A stretch of 23,222 nt of DNA from a bacterium (GCA_046485285.1 JAWOHE010000006.1:1-23222), one strand, 5' to 3'. Counted from the stretch's first letter, positions 1 to 8,882 are shown. Numbers and translations: made by a program. Notes: a model not told the origin generated them from the sequence alone.

Positions 1-103
1 GCAGCTCGAGCATCTCGTCCCGGTCCAGCGCAGCCAGCACCTGCGCACCCGCCGACCGGACCCTTCGACTTGCGGCCGACGACCATCTGCTGTACCTTCT
101 CAC
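1..103 (-). CDS. 5' end (partial) of probable IS256-family transposase
   Basis: GTG at 103..101 preceded by AAAGGAG RBS; reads MRRYSRWSSAASRRVRSAGAQVLAALDRDEMLEL off the window edge; about 90 bp inside an IS256-like terminus. The family call rests on the end sequence, not the short peptide. Confidence 0.5.
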   Translation of the reverse strand, partial: MRRYSRWSSAASRRVRSAGAQVLAALDRDEMLEL

Positions 104-191
104 GCGGTTCTCCTTTCGTTGTTAACCCAGATGATACCATCCGGGCAGGGGAACCGCTCTCCCTAATTTCAACTAAGATCGGGACATCCTC
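1..191 (-). mobile_element. Left end of probable IS256-family insertion sequence (continues left of window)
   Basis: Minus strand from 191 reads GAGGATGTCCCGATCTTAGTTGAAATT, resembling IS256-family termini of the '...AATTTCAACTAAG...GGGAC' type as I recall them; followed by TGGTATCAT extended -10, RBS and ORF. Confidence 0.5.
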
Positions 192-198
192 TCTCCAC

Positions 199-226
199 TT
201 GCCACTCGGCCACACGCTGCTAATCT
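199..226 (+). promoter_or_regulatory. Sigma70-type promoter for the PLP enzyme gene
   Basis: TTGCCA (199-204), 16 bp, TGC-TAATCT (221-226); AAGGAG RBS at 233-238. Confidence 0.55.
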
Positions 227-245
227 CTTCTCAAGGAGAAATCCT

Positions 246-1607
246 ATGCCAACCAAGAAGCAACGCAGCAGGCGGCGCCCGGCCGAGAGCAGTTACTCGG
301 CGGAGTCAAGGTTGATCTACGGCCGCAACGTCTCAGGCCGGTGGGACTTCGAACGCCATGTGGTTCCTCCGCTCTCGTCGTCTACGAATTTCCGTTTCCG
401 GTCGGCGTCCGAGGGCGCAGCGGCGTTTGCCGACTTCGCGGCCCGGGCCTGCGGGCAGGACTGTCGCAAGTGGCGCTTTGTCTATGACCGGCTTGATGAC
501 CCCAACAAGGACCTACTCGAGGAGCATCTGGCAATCGCCGAGGAAGCCGACATCTCCCTGGTGTTTTCGACCGGAATGGCTGCGATCAGCACCCTTCTGA
601 CTGTCCTGCTGGGGGAGTCGGCTGCGCCTGGCAGGGCGGAGCGCAAGCGCGGGTCCAGCGAACTACTGGTTCACCTGCCAGCCTACGGATGCACCAGTGA
701 TCTGGTGCGGAAGCACCTAAATGAGCGCCTCCGGATTCCGGTCCGGTTTGTCGACCTGTCAGTTCGAGGTACACTTCGAGCGAGCGTAACGTCTTCGACG
801 CGTGTGGTTTACTGTGAGTCCCCCGCGAATCCTACCTGCCGACTCGTTGACTTGGCTGACTTGGCAAGCGAGCTCGCCATTCTGAACCGGGGTCGTCGCA
901 CCCCGGTAGTTCTTGTCGTCGACAACACGTTTGCGTCTCCGTTTTGCCAGCGGCCACTCACCTTAGGCGCTGATTTTGTGTGTCTCAGCCTGACCAAGTC
1001 GGTTGGCGGCTTCGGCACGGTGATGGGCGGTGCGGTGCTGGCCAACCGCCGGCATCTCACCACGGTCGGAAAGCTCGTCCAGTTGCGTAAAGACGTCGGT
1101 TGTAGTCTGTCGCCCTATAACGCGTGGCACATACTGGTGTACGGAATCAGCACCTTGCCCCTGCGGATGCGCAGAATGCAGGATAATGCAGGTGTCGTTG
1201 CTAAATTCCTCCAAGAACATTCGCGAGTCCGTTCTGTTTCATACCCCGGTCTTGCCAGTTTCCCCCAGTATGCACTTGCTCGCCGACAGATGCATGACTA
1301 CAAAGGTAAGTTCGCGCCCGGGAATATGCTCTATTTTGAGATGGAGGGCCGCACGTCTGATCAGAGACGCCGAACTGCCTCTCGGGTTGTCAACCACATT
1401 GCCAGAGATGCTTATACGATTACTCTTGCAGTCAGTTTGGGCCAGATCAGGAGTCTAGTTGAGTACCCAGGAGGAATGACTCACGCAGTTGTTGATGCCA
1501 AGGAGCAACGGAAGGGCAAAATCGATCCGGGTGGAATCAGAATGTCGGTTGGGATCGAGGAACCTGACGATCTGATCAGGGATCTGTCAGCAGCCTTGGA
1601 GCGGTAA
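246..1607 (+). CDS. PLP-dependent Cys/Met metabolism enzyme, methionine gamma-lyase-like
   Basis: Motifs VYDRLDDPN, FSTGMAAI, YGCT (MGL-type Tyr-Gly-Cys-Thr), ESPANPT, VDNTFASP, SLTK (PLP lysine), AVSLG, IRMSVGIE; strong RBS. Confidence 0.9.
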   Translation: MPTKKQRSRRRPAESSYSAESRLIYGRNVSGRWDFERHVVPPLSSSTNFRFRSASEGAAAFADFAARACGQDCRKWRFVYDRLDDPNKDLLEEHLAIAEEADISLVFSTGMAAISTLLTVLLGESAAPGRAERKRGSSELLVHLPAYGCTSDLVRKHLNERLRIPVRFVDLSVRGTLRASVTSSTRVVYCESPANPTCRLVDLADLASELAILNRGRRTPVVLVVDNTFASPFCQRPLTLGADFVCLSLTKSVGGFGTVMGGAVLANRRHLTTVGKLVQLRKDVGCSLSPYNAWHILVYGISTLPLRMRRMQDNAGVVAKFLQEHSRVRSVSYPGLASFPQYALARRQMHDYKGKFAPGNMLYFEMEGRTSDQRRRTASRVVNHIARDAYTITLAVSLGQIRSLVEYPGGMTHAVVDAKEQRKGKIDPGGIRMSVGIEEPDDLIRDLSAALER

Positions 1608-1786
1608 TCCAGACAACAACAAGCAACTAAACTAAACCTGTTGTTGTTGTTGCGGGGGTGGAGAATAGTGGATACGGCTAATTCCATATGCTCTCGAGCC
1701 TTCGCAGCAAGACAGGAGACGAAATACAAGTGGTTCTGATGTAGACAACTGCGCCTAGCTGGCGAACAAGAAGCCGTTTCAACAGA
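1608..1786 (-). other. oriC: Probable chromosomal replication origin (oriC unwinding region) downstream of dnaA
   Basis: In dnaA direction: DnaA-box variants TGTTGAAAC (1784-1776), TTGTCTACA (1748-1740), tandem GTATCCACT (1675-1667) and TTCTCCACC (1665-1657), then CCCG, then CAA-CAA-CAA-CAA-CAG (1652-1638) and an AT-rich tract. Same order as the B. subtilis-type basal unwinding system. Confidence 0.7.
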
Positions 1787-3199
1787 CTACCCACGGTTTA
1801 TCCCGGCCGTCAACCGAAGAATCCTAGCGTCCAGCTCCAAGTTGGTGATCCGCAGTTTGTCAATCTTCTCGACCGCGTACATTACTGTTGTATGGTCTTT
1901 CCCTCCGAGGCAGTACCCGACTTCTTTGAGAGACATCGACAGCGTCTTCCGCAACAGGTACATCGCGACTTGGCGCGCAAGCGCCAACTGCTTCGTGCGG
2001 CGCGGCCCACGAAGGTCCGCGACTGTGACACCGAAAGCATCAGCGGTGGCTGCCACGATGGCATTTCCGTCGGGCAACGTGGGGACATCGACCAAGCCGC
2101 GGGTGGCTTCCTCGGCAAGCGCAGTTGTTATCGGCCTGCCGGTAAGAGAGGCCAGGGCGAGAATCCTGACCAGGCAACCCTCCAATTCGCGGACGCTGGC
2201 CCTGATCCGGGCGGCTACATAGAGCGCTACCTCGTGCGACAACTCGCGGTCTTCGAGCGCCGCCTTCTGCTTCAGTATCGCAACGCGTGTCTCCAGGTCC
2301 GGCGCTTGCACGTCGACAACCAGCCCGGAACCCAACCGGGAGACGAGGCGGTCTTCGAGAGTAGGTATCTCTCGCGGGGGGCGGTCACTAGTGAACACCA
2401 CCTGACTGCCAGCGTCGTTCAGGTGGTTGAAGATGTGAAAGACCTCTTCTTGGAGCCGTTCCTTCCCTACAAGGTAGTGTACGTCGTCGAGGAGCAGCAG
2501 GTCCAATACTCGGTAGCGCTGTTTGAACTCGAGCCGCGAGTTCTTCTCGATTGCCTGGATGAGCTCAAGGAACAGTGTTTCGGCCGGGACGTAGTGGACC
2601 TTCAGCCGCGGGTTCTGCGTCAGAGCGTGATTGCCGATAGCCTGGAGCAGGTGGGTCTTGCCCAGCCCTACCCCGCCGTACAAGAACAGGGGGTTGTAGG
2701 CTACCCCAAGCCGTTCGGCGACACTGTGCGCGGCGGCGGTGGCAAAGCGGCTGTTCTCGCCAACAACGAAGTTGCTGAACGTATACCTGCCGTGGAGGCG
2801 GGCGCCGTTGTCGCCGCCCGGACGGGGCGAGACAGCCGAGGGACGGCGGAGCGAAGCTGCGTCGGTCGCGTCGCGCGCCCTGAAGGACAACTTGAGGTCG
2901 CGCCCGGATATCGACACAAGCGCCTCCCGAACGTTGGCTGCGTAGTGTTGGCTTATCCAGTCGGCGAAGAAGCCGTTGGGGACCGAGACCTCCAGCGCGT
3001 CGTCCGAAACAGCCCAGCCCTTCGTTGGCGCGAGCCAGGTTTCGTAGCCTTCCTTGTTGATTCGCGACTTCAGGAATTCCAGTACCTGCGTCCACAATCC
3101 GTGGGCGCCATCGTCAGCCGCCGCCCGCGGCAACCCTGGCGCCCGCGCGTCAGGATCCACGGGCCGGCTCGCGCGGAGCTTGCCGTCCGCGAAGAGCAT
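1787..3199 (-). CDS. dnaA: Chromosomal replication initiator protein DnaA
   Basis: YTFSNFVVGENSRFA, YNPLFLYGGVGLGKTHLLQAIGN (Walker A), LLLLDDV (Walker B), TSDRPP, LEDRLVSR, VRELEG, ARQVAMYL, GGKDHTTVMYA (domain IV). Confidence 0.98.
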   Translation of the reverse strand: MLFADGKLRASRPVDPDARAPGLPRAAADDGAHGLWTQVLEFLKSRINKEGYETWLAPTKGWAVSDDALEVSVPNGFFADWISQHYAANVREALVSISGRDLKLSFRARDATDAASLRRPSAVSPRPGGDNGARLHGRYTFSNFVVGENSRFATAAAHSVAERLGVAYNPLFLYGGVGLGKTHLLQAIGNHALTQNPRLKVHYVPAETLFLELIQAIEKNSRLEFKQRYRVLDLLLLDDVHYLVGKERLQEEVFHIFNHLNDAGSQVVFTSDRPPREIPTLEDRLVSRLGSGLVVDVQAPDLETRVAILKQKAALEDRELSHEVALYVAARIRASVRELEGCLVRILALASLTGRPITTALAEEATRGLVDVPTLPDGNAIVAATADAFGVTVADLRGPRRTKQLALARQVAMYLLRKTLSMSLKEVGYCLGGKDHTTVMYAVEKIDKLRITNLELDARILRLTAGINRG

Positions 3200-3318
3200 C
3201 TGCCACCCCTTTCTCTCGGAACAGGCCGGCCCTGCTGGCCTCTAAGGCCTGTCAATAGCAACGTCACGCGGAGCAAGCCAACTTGGCGAACCCCGCTACA
3301 CGACAGCACAAACGGCAA

Positions 3319-3401
3319 CGCTTCACAGGTTATCCACAGCACGCTGGCGGATAACCTCCTCACGCAAAAGAAGTTACCGCCCCCATTCGGGGCAGTCCAC
3401 A
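3319..3401. promoter_or_regulatory. DnaA-box cluster in the dnaA leader (autoregulation or second half of a bipartite origin)
   Basis: Perfect TTATCCACA at 3330-3338, inverted GGCGGATAA at 3346-3354 (AGGTTATCC...GGATAACCT palindrome), weaker CAGTCCACA at 3393-3401. Confidence 0.75.
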
Positions 3402-3430
3402 GAGGTTACGAGTTGTGCTGAACTAGTAGG

Positions 3431-3458
3431 ATACTAGTCGGCGACTGACAGATGTCAA
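3431..3458 (-). promoter_or_regulatory. Sigma70-type promoter for dnaA
   Basis: TTGACA (3458-3453, overlapping the hypF stop), 16 bp, TAGTAT (3436-3431); ACTAGT-AGGAT-ACTAGT repeat (3422-3438) overlaps the -10. Confidence 0.6.
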
Positions 3459-5836
3459 GCGACAAAAGTCCCTGTCGCACCGACGGCGACAGCCTGTCCG
3501 AGAGCAATGCCGCCATCGTTGATCGGGACCATTGTCGGGACGAATGCCGAGACCCCCTGAGTGGCCAGACGTCGGGCAACCCCGACCCGCAAGAGGGTGT
3601 TCTGGAACGCCCCGCCGACGAGGACGGCTTGGGAAACCCTGTTGGCGCCAGCGATGGCGAGTGCGGCATCGGCCGTAGACCGGATCACGCCGCGGTGGAA
3701 GCGTGCGGCAATCCTTCCCGGGGCAACCCCGCGCGCGACATCCTTCTGGACCGAGCGTAGCAGAACCGCCGGGTCCAGCAGGAACGTTCCGTCGTCTGTC
3801 TGGCAGACGGGCAGCTCGTAGCGCCCCCGCTCGGGGCGGGCGACCGCCGCCTCGAGCGCAACGGCCGCCTCGCCCTCGAAGGTCACATGCCGCTTCACGC
3901 CGGCGAGCGCTGCCACGGCATCGAAGAGGCGGCCCAGGCTCGAGGTGGGCGTCCCTTGGAGCGCGGCTGCGTTACGGTTACCCTTCTGAATGTGGCGCAG
4001 GTAGCCCGAGGCCACTCGCGCCGGGTTCGGGGCCTCGCTGCCGGACTCGGTTAGCCACAGATAGCTCAGATGACCGGATCTGACCCAACTCAGGTCAGGC
4101 CGAAGTAACAAGAACTCCGACCCCCACACTGCGTTGTCCGTGCCGTAGCCGGTGCCGTCGAAGCAGAGCGCCAAGGTTGTTCTGCCGCTTTGTCGGTCCT
4201 CCTCTTTGCCGAACCCGCAGCCGGGCGCCAGCGCGGCTAGCGCGTGGGCATAGTGGTGCTGTACCCGGCGCACCGGTAGGTGGAGCTCGTGGCCTAGGCG
4301 CTCTGCGAGCCGCGTCGACAGGTAGTCAGGGTGCAGGTCGCAGGCGATCGCCTCGGGTGCCAGCCTAGTCCAGTCCAAGTAGCGACAGAGGGTCTCGAGG
4401 AAGAACCGCTCGGCGTTCAGGCCAGCCAGGCTGCCGATATGTGGGCTCAGCCAGGCCTGCTGCCCGGACGCGAGGCAGAAGCAGGTACGCATGTCGGCGC
4501 CGACCGCGAGGACGGGGCGTTTCACGTGAAACCCCGGCCGGAGGCGAATGGGAGAGGGAGCCCATCCCCTTGCGCGGCGCACCAGTATCGCGGGCGAGTC
4601 GGCCAGCACGACCGAGTCGTCACACCGGTTGGCGATCGGCCGGTTGTGGGTCAGGACGAGGTCGAAGACGCCGCCCAGCGTACCGACCAGTTCCTCGGAG
4701 TCTTCCACGAGCGGTTCGTCACGGTGGTTGGCGCTCGTCATCACGAGCACCGCCGGTCGCCCGGTCATGCGGCGTAGCTCGGAGAACAGCAGCAGGTGCA
4801 GGGGCGTGTAGGCGAGCATCACGCCGAGCCGGTTGTTGTCGGGCGCCAGCCTGTGGGAGAGGTGGATGTGCGGCCGGGGGCGCTTCTCGAGCAGGACGAT
4901 GGGCGCGCGCGCGGAACCCAGCAGCGTCCGGCCTGACCGGCCGACCCGGCAGAATTCCCGCGCAGTTGCCAAGTCCTCGACCATCACTGCGAGGGGCTTT
5001 GTCGGTCGCGCCTTCCGGCTTCGCAGCCGGCCGACAGCCGTGTCGTTCGACGCGTCACAGGCCAGCTGGAACCCGCCCAAGCTCCGTACTGCGACAATAC
5101 GCCCAGCGGCCAGGGCTCTGGCCGCCCGCGCCACCGGGTGCAGGCTTCTGAGCGGCCTGCCTTGGCGGTCGAGAAGCCGTACGGCCGGGCCGCAGACCGG
5201 GCACGCGTCCGGCTGGGCGTGGAAGCGCCGGTTGTCCGGGTCGCCGTACTCAGCCCGGCAGGCCGCGCACATCCTGAAACCGGCCATTGTCGTATTGGGA
5301 CGGTCGTAGGGGAGGGTCGTGATGATTGAGTAGCGCGGGCCACACAGCGTGCAGTTCGTGAAAGGGTAGCCGTGCCGTCGGTCCTGCGGGTCTGTAAGCT
5401 CGCGGCGGCAATCCGGGCAGGTGGCGATGTCGGGCAGGACCGCCGCCCGGCGCCCACCCGTCCGCCGGCTGGCCACGATCCTGAAGTCGGCGCGCCGCCG
5501 GTCCCGCACCGTGCTGACCTCAAAGGTAGCGATCAGCGCCAGCGGCGGCGGACGCTTTCGCAGGTTGTCGGCAAACTCCCGGCTGCGCCTGCCTTGGGCG
5601 AGAATGACCACTCCAGCCGTCGTGTTGGCAACCGTGCCGCGCACCCCGAAGGTACGGGCGAGACGGTAGACGTGAGGCCGGAAACCTAGCCCCTGGACCT
5701 GCCCGGTTATCCGGATGCGCAGGCTGGTCGCGTCGGGCCGGGGGTGGTTCCGCCGGGCAGGCTCAGGAACCGGCTTCCTCAGGGGCCGCCTTCTCGGCGA
5801 CAGGTTGCTCCTCACCCGGTTTGTACCCAGGGACAT
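3455..5836 (-). CDS. hypF: Carbamoyltransferase HypF ([NiFe]-hydrogenase maturation); start uncertain (ATG 5836 or GTG 5815)
   Basis: Acylphosphatase-like GQVQGLGFRP, zinc fingers CPDC...CTLCGPRY and CAAC...HAQPDACPVCGP, GGFQLACDA, VMTSAN, RCDDSV, DLHPDY, QHHYAH, DGTGYG, SSLGRLFDA, PINDGGIALGQ. Confidence 0.93.
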   Translation of the reverse strand: MSLGTNRVRSNLSPRRRPLRKPVPEPARRNHPRPDATSLRIRITGQVQGLGFRPHVYRLARTFGVRGTVANTTAGVVILAQGRRSREFADNLRKRPPPLALIATFEVSTVRDRRRADFRIVASRRTGGRRAAVLPDIATCPDCRRELTDPQDRRHGYPFTNCTLCGPRYSIITTLPYDRPNTTMAGFRMCAACRAEYGDPDNRRFHAQPDACPVCGPAVRLLDRQGRPLRSLHPVARAARALAAGRIVAVRSLGGFQLACDASNDTAVGRLRSRKARPTKPLAVMVEDLATAREFCRVGRSGRTLLGSARAPIVLLEKRPRPHIHLSHRLAPDNNRLGVMLAYTPLHLLLFSELRRMTGRPAVLVMTSANHRDEPLVEDSEELVGTLGGVFDLVLTHNRPIANRCDDSVVLADSPAILVRRARGWAPSPIRLRPGFHVKRPVLAVGADMRTCFCLASGQQAWLSPHIGSLAGLNAERFFLETLCRYLDWTRLAPEAIACDLHPDYLSTRLAERLGHELHLPVRRVQHHYAHALAALAPGCGFGKEEDRQSGRTTLALCFDGTGYGTDNAVWGSEFLLLRPDLSWVRSGHLSYLWLTESGSEAPNPARVASGYLRHIQKGNRNAAALQGTPTSSLGRLFDAVAALAGVKRHVTFEGEAAVALEAAVARPERGRYELPVCQTDDGTFLLDPAVLLRSVQKDVARGVAPGRIAARFHRGVIRSTADAALAIAGANRVSQAVLVGGAFQNTLLRVGVARRLATQGVSAFVPTMVPINDGGIALGQAVAVGATGTFVA

Positions 5837-6959
5837 CAACCACAGGCGCCAGCAGCTCGTCGTCGTCCGGCAGCTCGAGGATGTTCCGGTCGTCCTTCTT
5901 CTTGGCGAGCACGGCGAACACCAAGGTGTTGCCGGAGAACCATATGGAGCAGCCGAAAGCGACAACCATTAACGCTACGACATAGAGAACTAGCGCCACG
6001 AGTACCGAGCCGACGTCGCTCGTCCAGTTGATCGATACATAGTCGCCTAGGATGTACGCCTCGGACAGGCCCAGCCAGTCGACGAAGCCGTGGAATAGTG
6101 CTCGCAATGGCTCGGGCCACCAGTCCGGCAGGGTCACGTTGAAGTAGTATGCCGCGTTGGTCAGGACGTCATCGAGACGGTCGCCCGGGAGGATGCGCAG
6201 GGTCCAGTAACAAATTGTCCCTGCGGCTGTTGCCGCAACGGCGAGCAGGGCAGACCCTAACTTGGCGAGCGCAGCGACAGTCGGGACGTACAAGACAAGC
6301 CGCGCCGGTTGCTCGTTGAGGCAGGAGAAGACCTCGAAAACGGTGTCGAACGTGTCGTTGCGGGTGGCTCCGACGATACTCGGGCCGAGCAGGAACGAGG
6401 TCAGCAGGACGATAAGCAGGTAGACAACGAACAGCGAGGCGAAGAAGCCGGGCAGGGCGACGATTCCGAGCCAGACCTCCCCGAGCCAGGGAATACCCGC
6501 AATCAGGCTCGCGATGACGCCGAGGCCGACGATGACCGCGGCAAAGCCGATGACGAGCAGGGGGCTGGCCAGCACCGAGGACCACTGGCGGAACGCGAAG
6601 CGAAAGGCCTCGCGCGACTCGAAGAACTCGTCGCCCCGCAGTTGCTCGTAGGCGACCTTGCTGACCGCCGCGCCGGTGAGCAGCATCGCGCAGACGAAGA
6701 ACAAGAGGCCGAGCGCGTAGATGACCCACGAGTACCAAGGGAACGGGTAGAGGAAGGGGTCGGCAAACGGCAGCAAGCGGTACTCGGCCCAGACCGTCGC
6801 GAAGTCCGACCCGGCGGCGGCGTGGGCCAGGTAGGTCAGAATGGAGTAGCCCGCGAGGCCGCAGACGAGGCCGAGGAAGGCCATCCAGACCTTCTTGGCC
6901 GAGAATCCCAGGCGCAGGGCGCGGAACACGTCCTTGTAGTTGAAGTGCAGCTTGGTCAC
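5763..6959 (-). CDS. Polytopic membrane protein of unknown function
   Basis: GTG at 6959 after AAAGGAG RBS (better than the 7145 start in the ORF track); about 6-7 hydrophobic segments; acidic Pro-rich C-tail. Confidence 0.85.
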   Translation of the reverse strand: MTKLHFNYKDVFRALRLGFSAKKVWMAFLGLVCGLAGYSILTYLAHAAAGSDFATVWAEYRLLPFADPFLYPFPWYSWVIYALGLLFFVCAMLLTGAAVSKVAYEQLRGDEFFESREAFRFAFRQWSSVLASPLLVIGFAAVIVGLGVIASLIAGIPWLGEVWLGIVALPGFFASLFVVYLLIVLLTSFLLGPSIVGATRNDTFDTVFEVFSCLNEQPARLVLYVPTVAALAKLGSALLAVAATAAGTICYWTLRILPGDRLDDVLTNAAYYFNVTLPDWWPEPLRALFHGFVDWLGLSEAYILGDYVSINWTSDVGSVLVALVLYVVALMVVAFGCSIWFSGNTLVFAVLAKKKDDRNILELPDDDELLAPVVDVPGYKPGEEQPVAEKAAPEEAGS

Positions 6960-6979
6960 GGAAAGACTCCTTTCGGCCG

Positions 6980-7105
6980 CTAGCCGGCCAGTCGCCTCAG
7001 CACCACCACAATCAAAACCGCTACCCCGCCCATCACCGCGAGCAGCACCCACTTCAGCGGCAGGCGGTAGCGGCGCTCCGGAAACAACCGGCGGCCGAAC
7101 TTCAT
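6980..7105 (-). CDS. Small (41 aa) single-pass membrane protein, below ORF-track cutoff
   Basis: ATG 7105 to TAG 6980: MKFGRRLFPERRYRLPLKWVLLAVMGGVAVLIVVVLRRLAG. Basic N-terminus, 18-residue hydrophobic stretch, RR stop-transfer; fills the gap between promoter and next gene. Confidence 0.65.
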   Translation of the reverse strand: MKFGRRLFPERRYRLPLKWVLLAVMGGVAVLIVVVLRRLAG

Positions 7106-7176
7106 CCGCGCGCGCAGACCGCGCCTGCCGGGCCAGGCGCGTCAACCCTCGGCTCCGTCACGACCGCCACGGCACT

Positions 7177-7204
7177 ATCCTAAGGCGCGGTCGACTCTTG
7201 TCAA
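7177..7204 (-). promoter_or_regulatory. Sigma70-type promoter for the leftward membrane protein-hypF operon
   Basis: TTGACA (7204-7199), 16 bp, TAGGAT (7182-7177). Confidence 0.6.
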
Positions 7205-7261
7205 CAGCCGGCCGCGGTCTGGCCCGCGACTTGACGAGGCGCGGAAAGCGAAGAAAATGTA

Positions 7262-8299
7262 TTGTTGACAAGCTTAACTAAACACTCTGCGGCGGGGCCG
7301 GGCGACGCCGCCTGCTCTTACTCCGCGGTCATCGCCGGCACCGGGTTCGATGTCCCCGAACGGGTGATGACCAACGAGGAGCTCGAGCGCATGGTCGACA
7401 CCTCCGACGAGTGGATAACCGAGCGGACCGGGATGAAGGAGCGACGCATCGCCGCGCCGGGCGAGGCCGCGTCCGACCTCGCGCTGCGGGCGAGCCGGCG
7501 CGCGCTCGCCGACGCCGGGCTCGGCCCGGAGGACGTCGACCTCATCCTCGTCGGCACCGTCACCGGCGACATGCTCTTCCCCTCGACCGCCTGCGTGCTC
7601 CAGGCCAAGCTCGGCGCGAAGAAGGCCGCGGCGATGGACGTCAGCGCCGGCTGCTCCGGCTTCATCTACGCGCTCGCGGTCGCCCGCAAGTTCATCGCCA
7701 CCGGTTCGTACCGGACCGTCCTCGTCGTCGGGGTCGAGGTCCTGTCGCGGATCACCGACTGGACCGACCGCGGCACCTGCGTGCTCCTCGGCGACGGCGC
7801 GGGCGCGGCAATCGTCCGGCTCGAACCGCCCGGCGACCGGGGCATCATCGCCGACTACCTCGCCGCCGATGGCACGCGCGGGCCGGACCTCTACATGCCG
7901 GCGGGCGGGTCGGCGATCCCGGCATCGGCCAGCTCGCTCGAACAGCGGCTGCACTTCCTCAGGATGAACGGCAACGCGATCTTCAAGGTCGCGGTGCGCT
8001 CGATGGCCGAGGCGGTCCACAGGCTCGTCGACGCCGCCAAGGTCAGGGTCGAGGACATCAACCTGCTCATCCCGCACCAGGCCAACCTCCGGATCATCGA
8101 GGCGGTCAGCAAGCTGCTCAAGTTCCCCAACGAGCGGGTATTCATCAACATCCAGAAGTACGCCAATACCTCCTCGGCGACGACGATCATCGCGCTCGAC
8201 GAAGCCCGCCGCGCCGGCCGGGTCCGGCCCGGCGACCTTGTCGCGCTGGTCGCGTTCGGCGCCGGGCTGACCTGGGGCGGCGTGCTCATCCGCTGGTAG
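7262..8299 (+). CDS. fabH: 3-oxoacyl-ACP synthase III
   Basis: DTSDEWITERTG, FPSTAC, DVSAGCSGF (catalytic Cys), DRGTCVLLGDGAGA, MNGNAIFK, IPHQANLRII (His), YANTSSA (Asn), AFGAGLTWG. TTG start position uncertain. Confidence 0.96.
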   Translation: MLTSLTKHSAAGPGDAACSYSAVIAGTGFDVPERVMTNEELERMVDTSDEWITERTGMKERRIAAPGEAASDLALRASRRALADAGLGPEDVDLILVGTVTGDMLFPSTACVLQAKLGAKKAAAMDVSAGCSGFIYALAVARKFIATGSYRTVLVVGVEVLSRITDWTDRGTCVLLGDGAGAAIVRLEPPGDRGIIADYLAADGTRGPDLYMPAGGSAIPASASSLEQRLHFLRMNGNAIFKVAVRSMAEAVHRLVDAAKVRVEDINLLIPHQANLRIIEAVSKLLKFPNERVFINIQKYANTSSATTIIALDEARRAGRVRPGDLVALVAFGAGLTWGGVLIRW

Positions 8300-8412
8300 C
8301 GGCGCCCGAACAGACTAGACCTGCCCCGGCCTGATTGGTAAGCTCCCACGATGACCCGGCGCGGCAATGCCCGGACCGTGGTGGCGAGAGACAGCCACCG
8401 GACCACCGGCTG

Positions 8413-8871
8413 ATGGCAGACGGCGATGCGGCGCGGCTCAGGCCGCTGGACGTCGACACGGTCCGCGAGCTGTGGTCCAGGACCTACAACTCCGAAGGCA
8501 AGCCCGACTGGTCGCACATCTTCCCGTACTACCACCCGGGCATCGTGTTCCAGGATTCAATCCAGCGCGTCGAGGGCAAGCGTGAGTTCGTCACGCTCTG
8601 CGAGCGGCTTACGAAACGCTGCGAGAAACTGCAGATGGACATCCACGCCGTCGCCCGGAACGGCAACACGATCTTCATGGACTGGAAGATGACGATGGTC
8701 TTCCGCAAGTTCCCGAGCACACCGATCTACGGCAGCACGAGGCTGACCCTGCACCCGGACGGGCGAATCATCGAACAGCGCGACTACTACGACCTCTGGG
8801 GAGACATCTTCAACGGGGTCCCGTTCTTCCGGAAATCCTACCGGAAGTTCATGCGCCGGTTCTTCGGGTAG
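8413..8871 (+). CDS. NTF2/SnoaL-like fold protein
   Basis: YHPGIVFQDSIQRVEG and GRIIEQRDYYDLWG are typical of SnoaL_2/NTF2 proteins. ATG 8413 chosen because TAGACC-17-TAAGCT promoter (8316-8344) overlaps the 8335 start. Confidence 0.85.
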   Translation: MADGDAARLRPLDVDTVRELWSRTYNSEGKPDWSHIFPYYHPGIVFQDSIQRVEGKREFVTLCERLTKRCEKLQMDIHAVARNGNTIFMDWKMTMVFRKFPSTPIYGSTRLTLHPDGRIIEQRDYYDLWGDIFNGVPFFRKSYRKFMRRFFG

Positions 8872-8882
8872 CGATAGCCGCC

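Noticed and set aside
1892..3421. 509-aa plus-strand ORF
   Set aside because: Antisense shadow of dnaA; no recognisable motifs.
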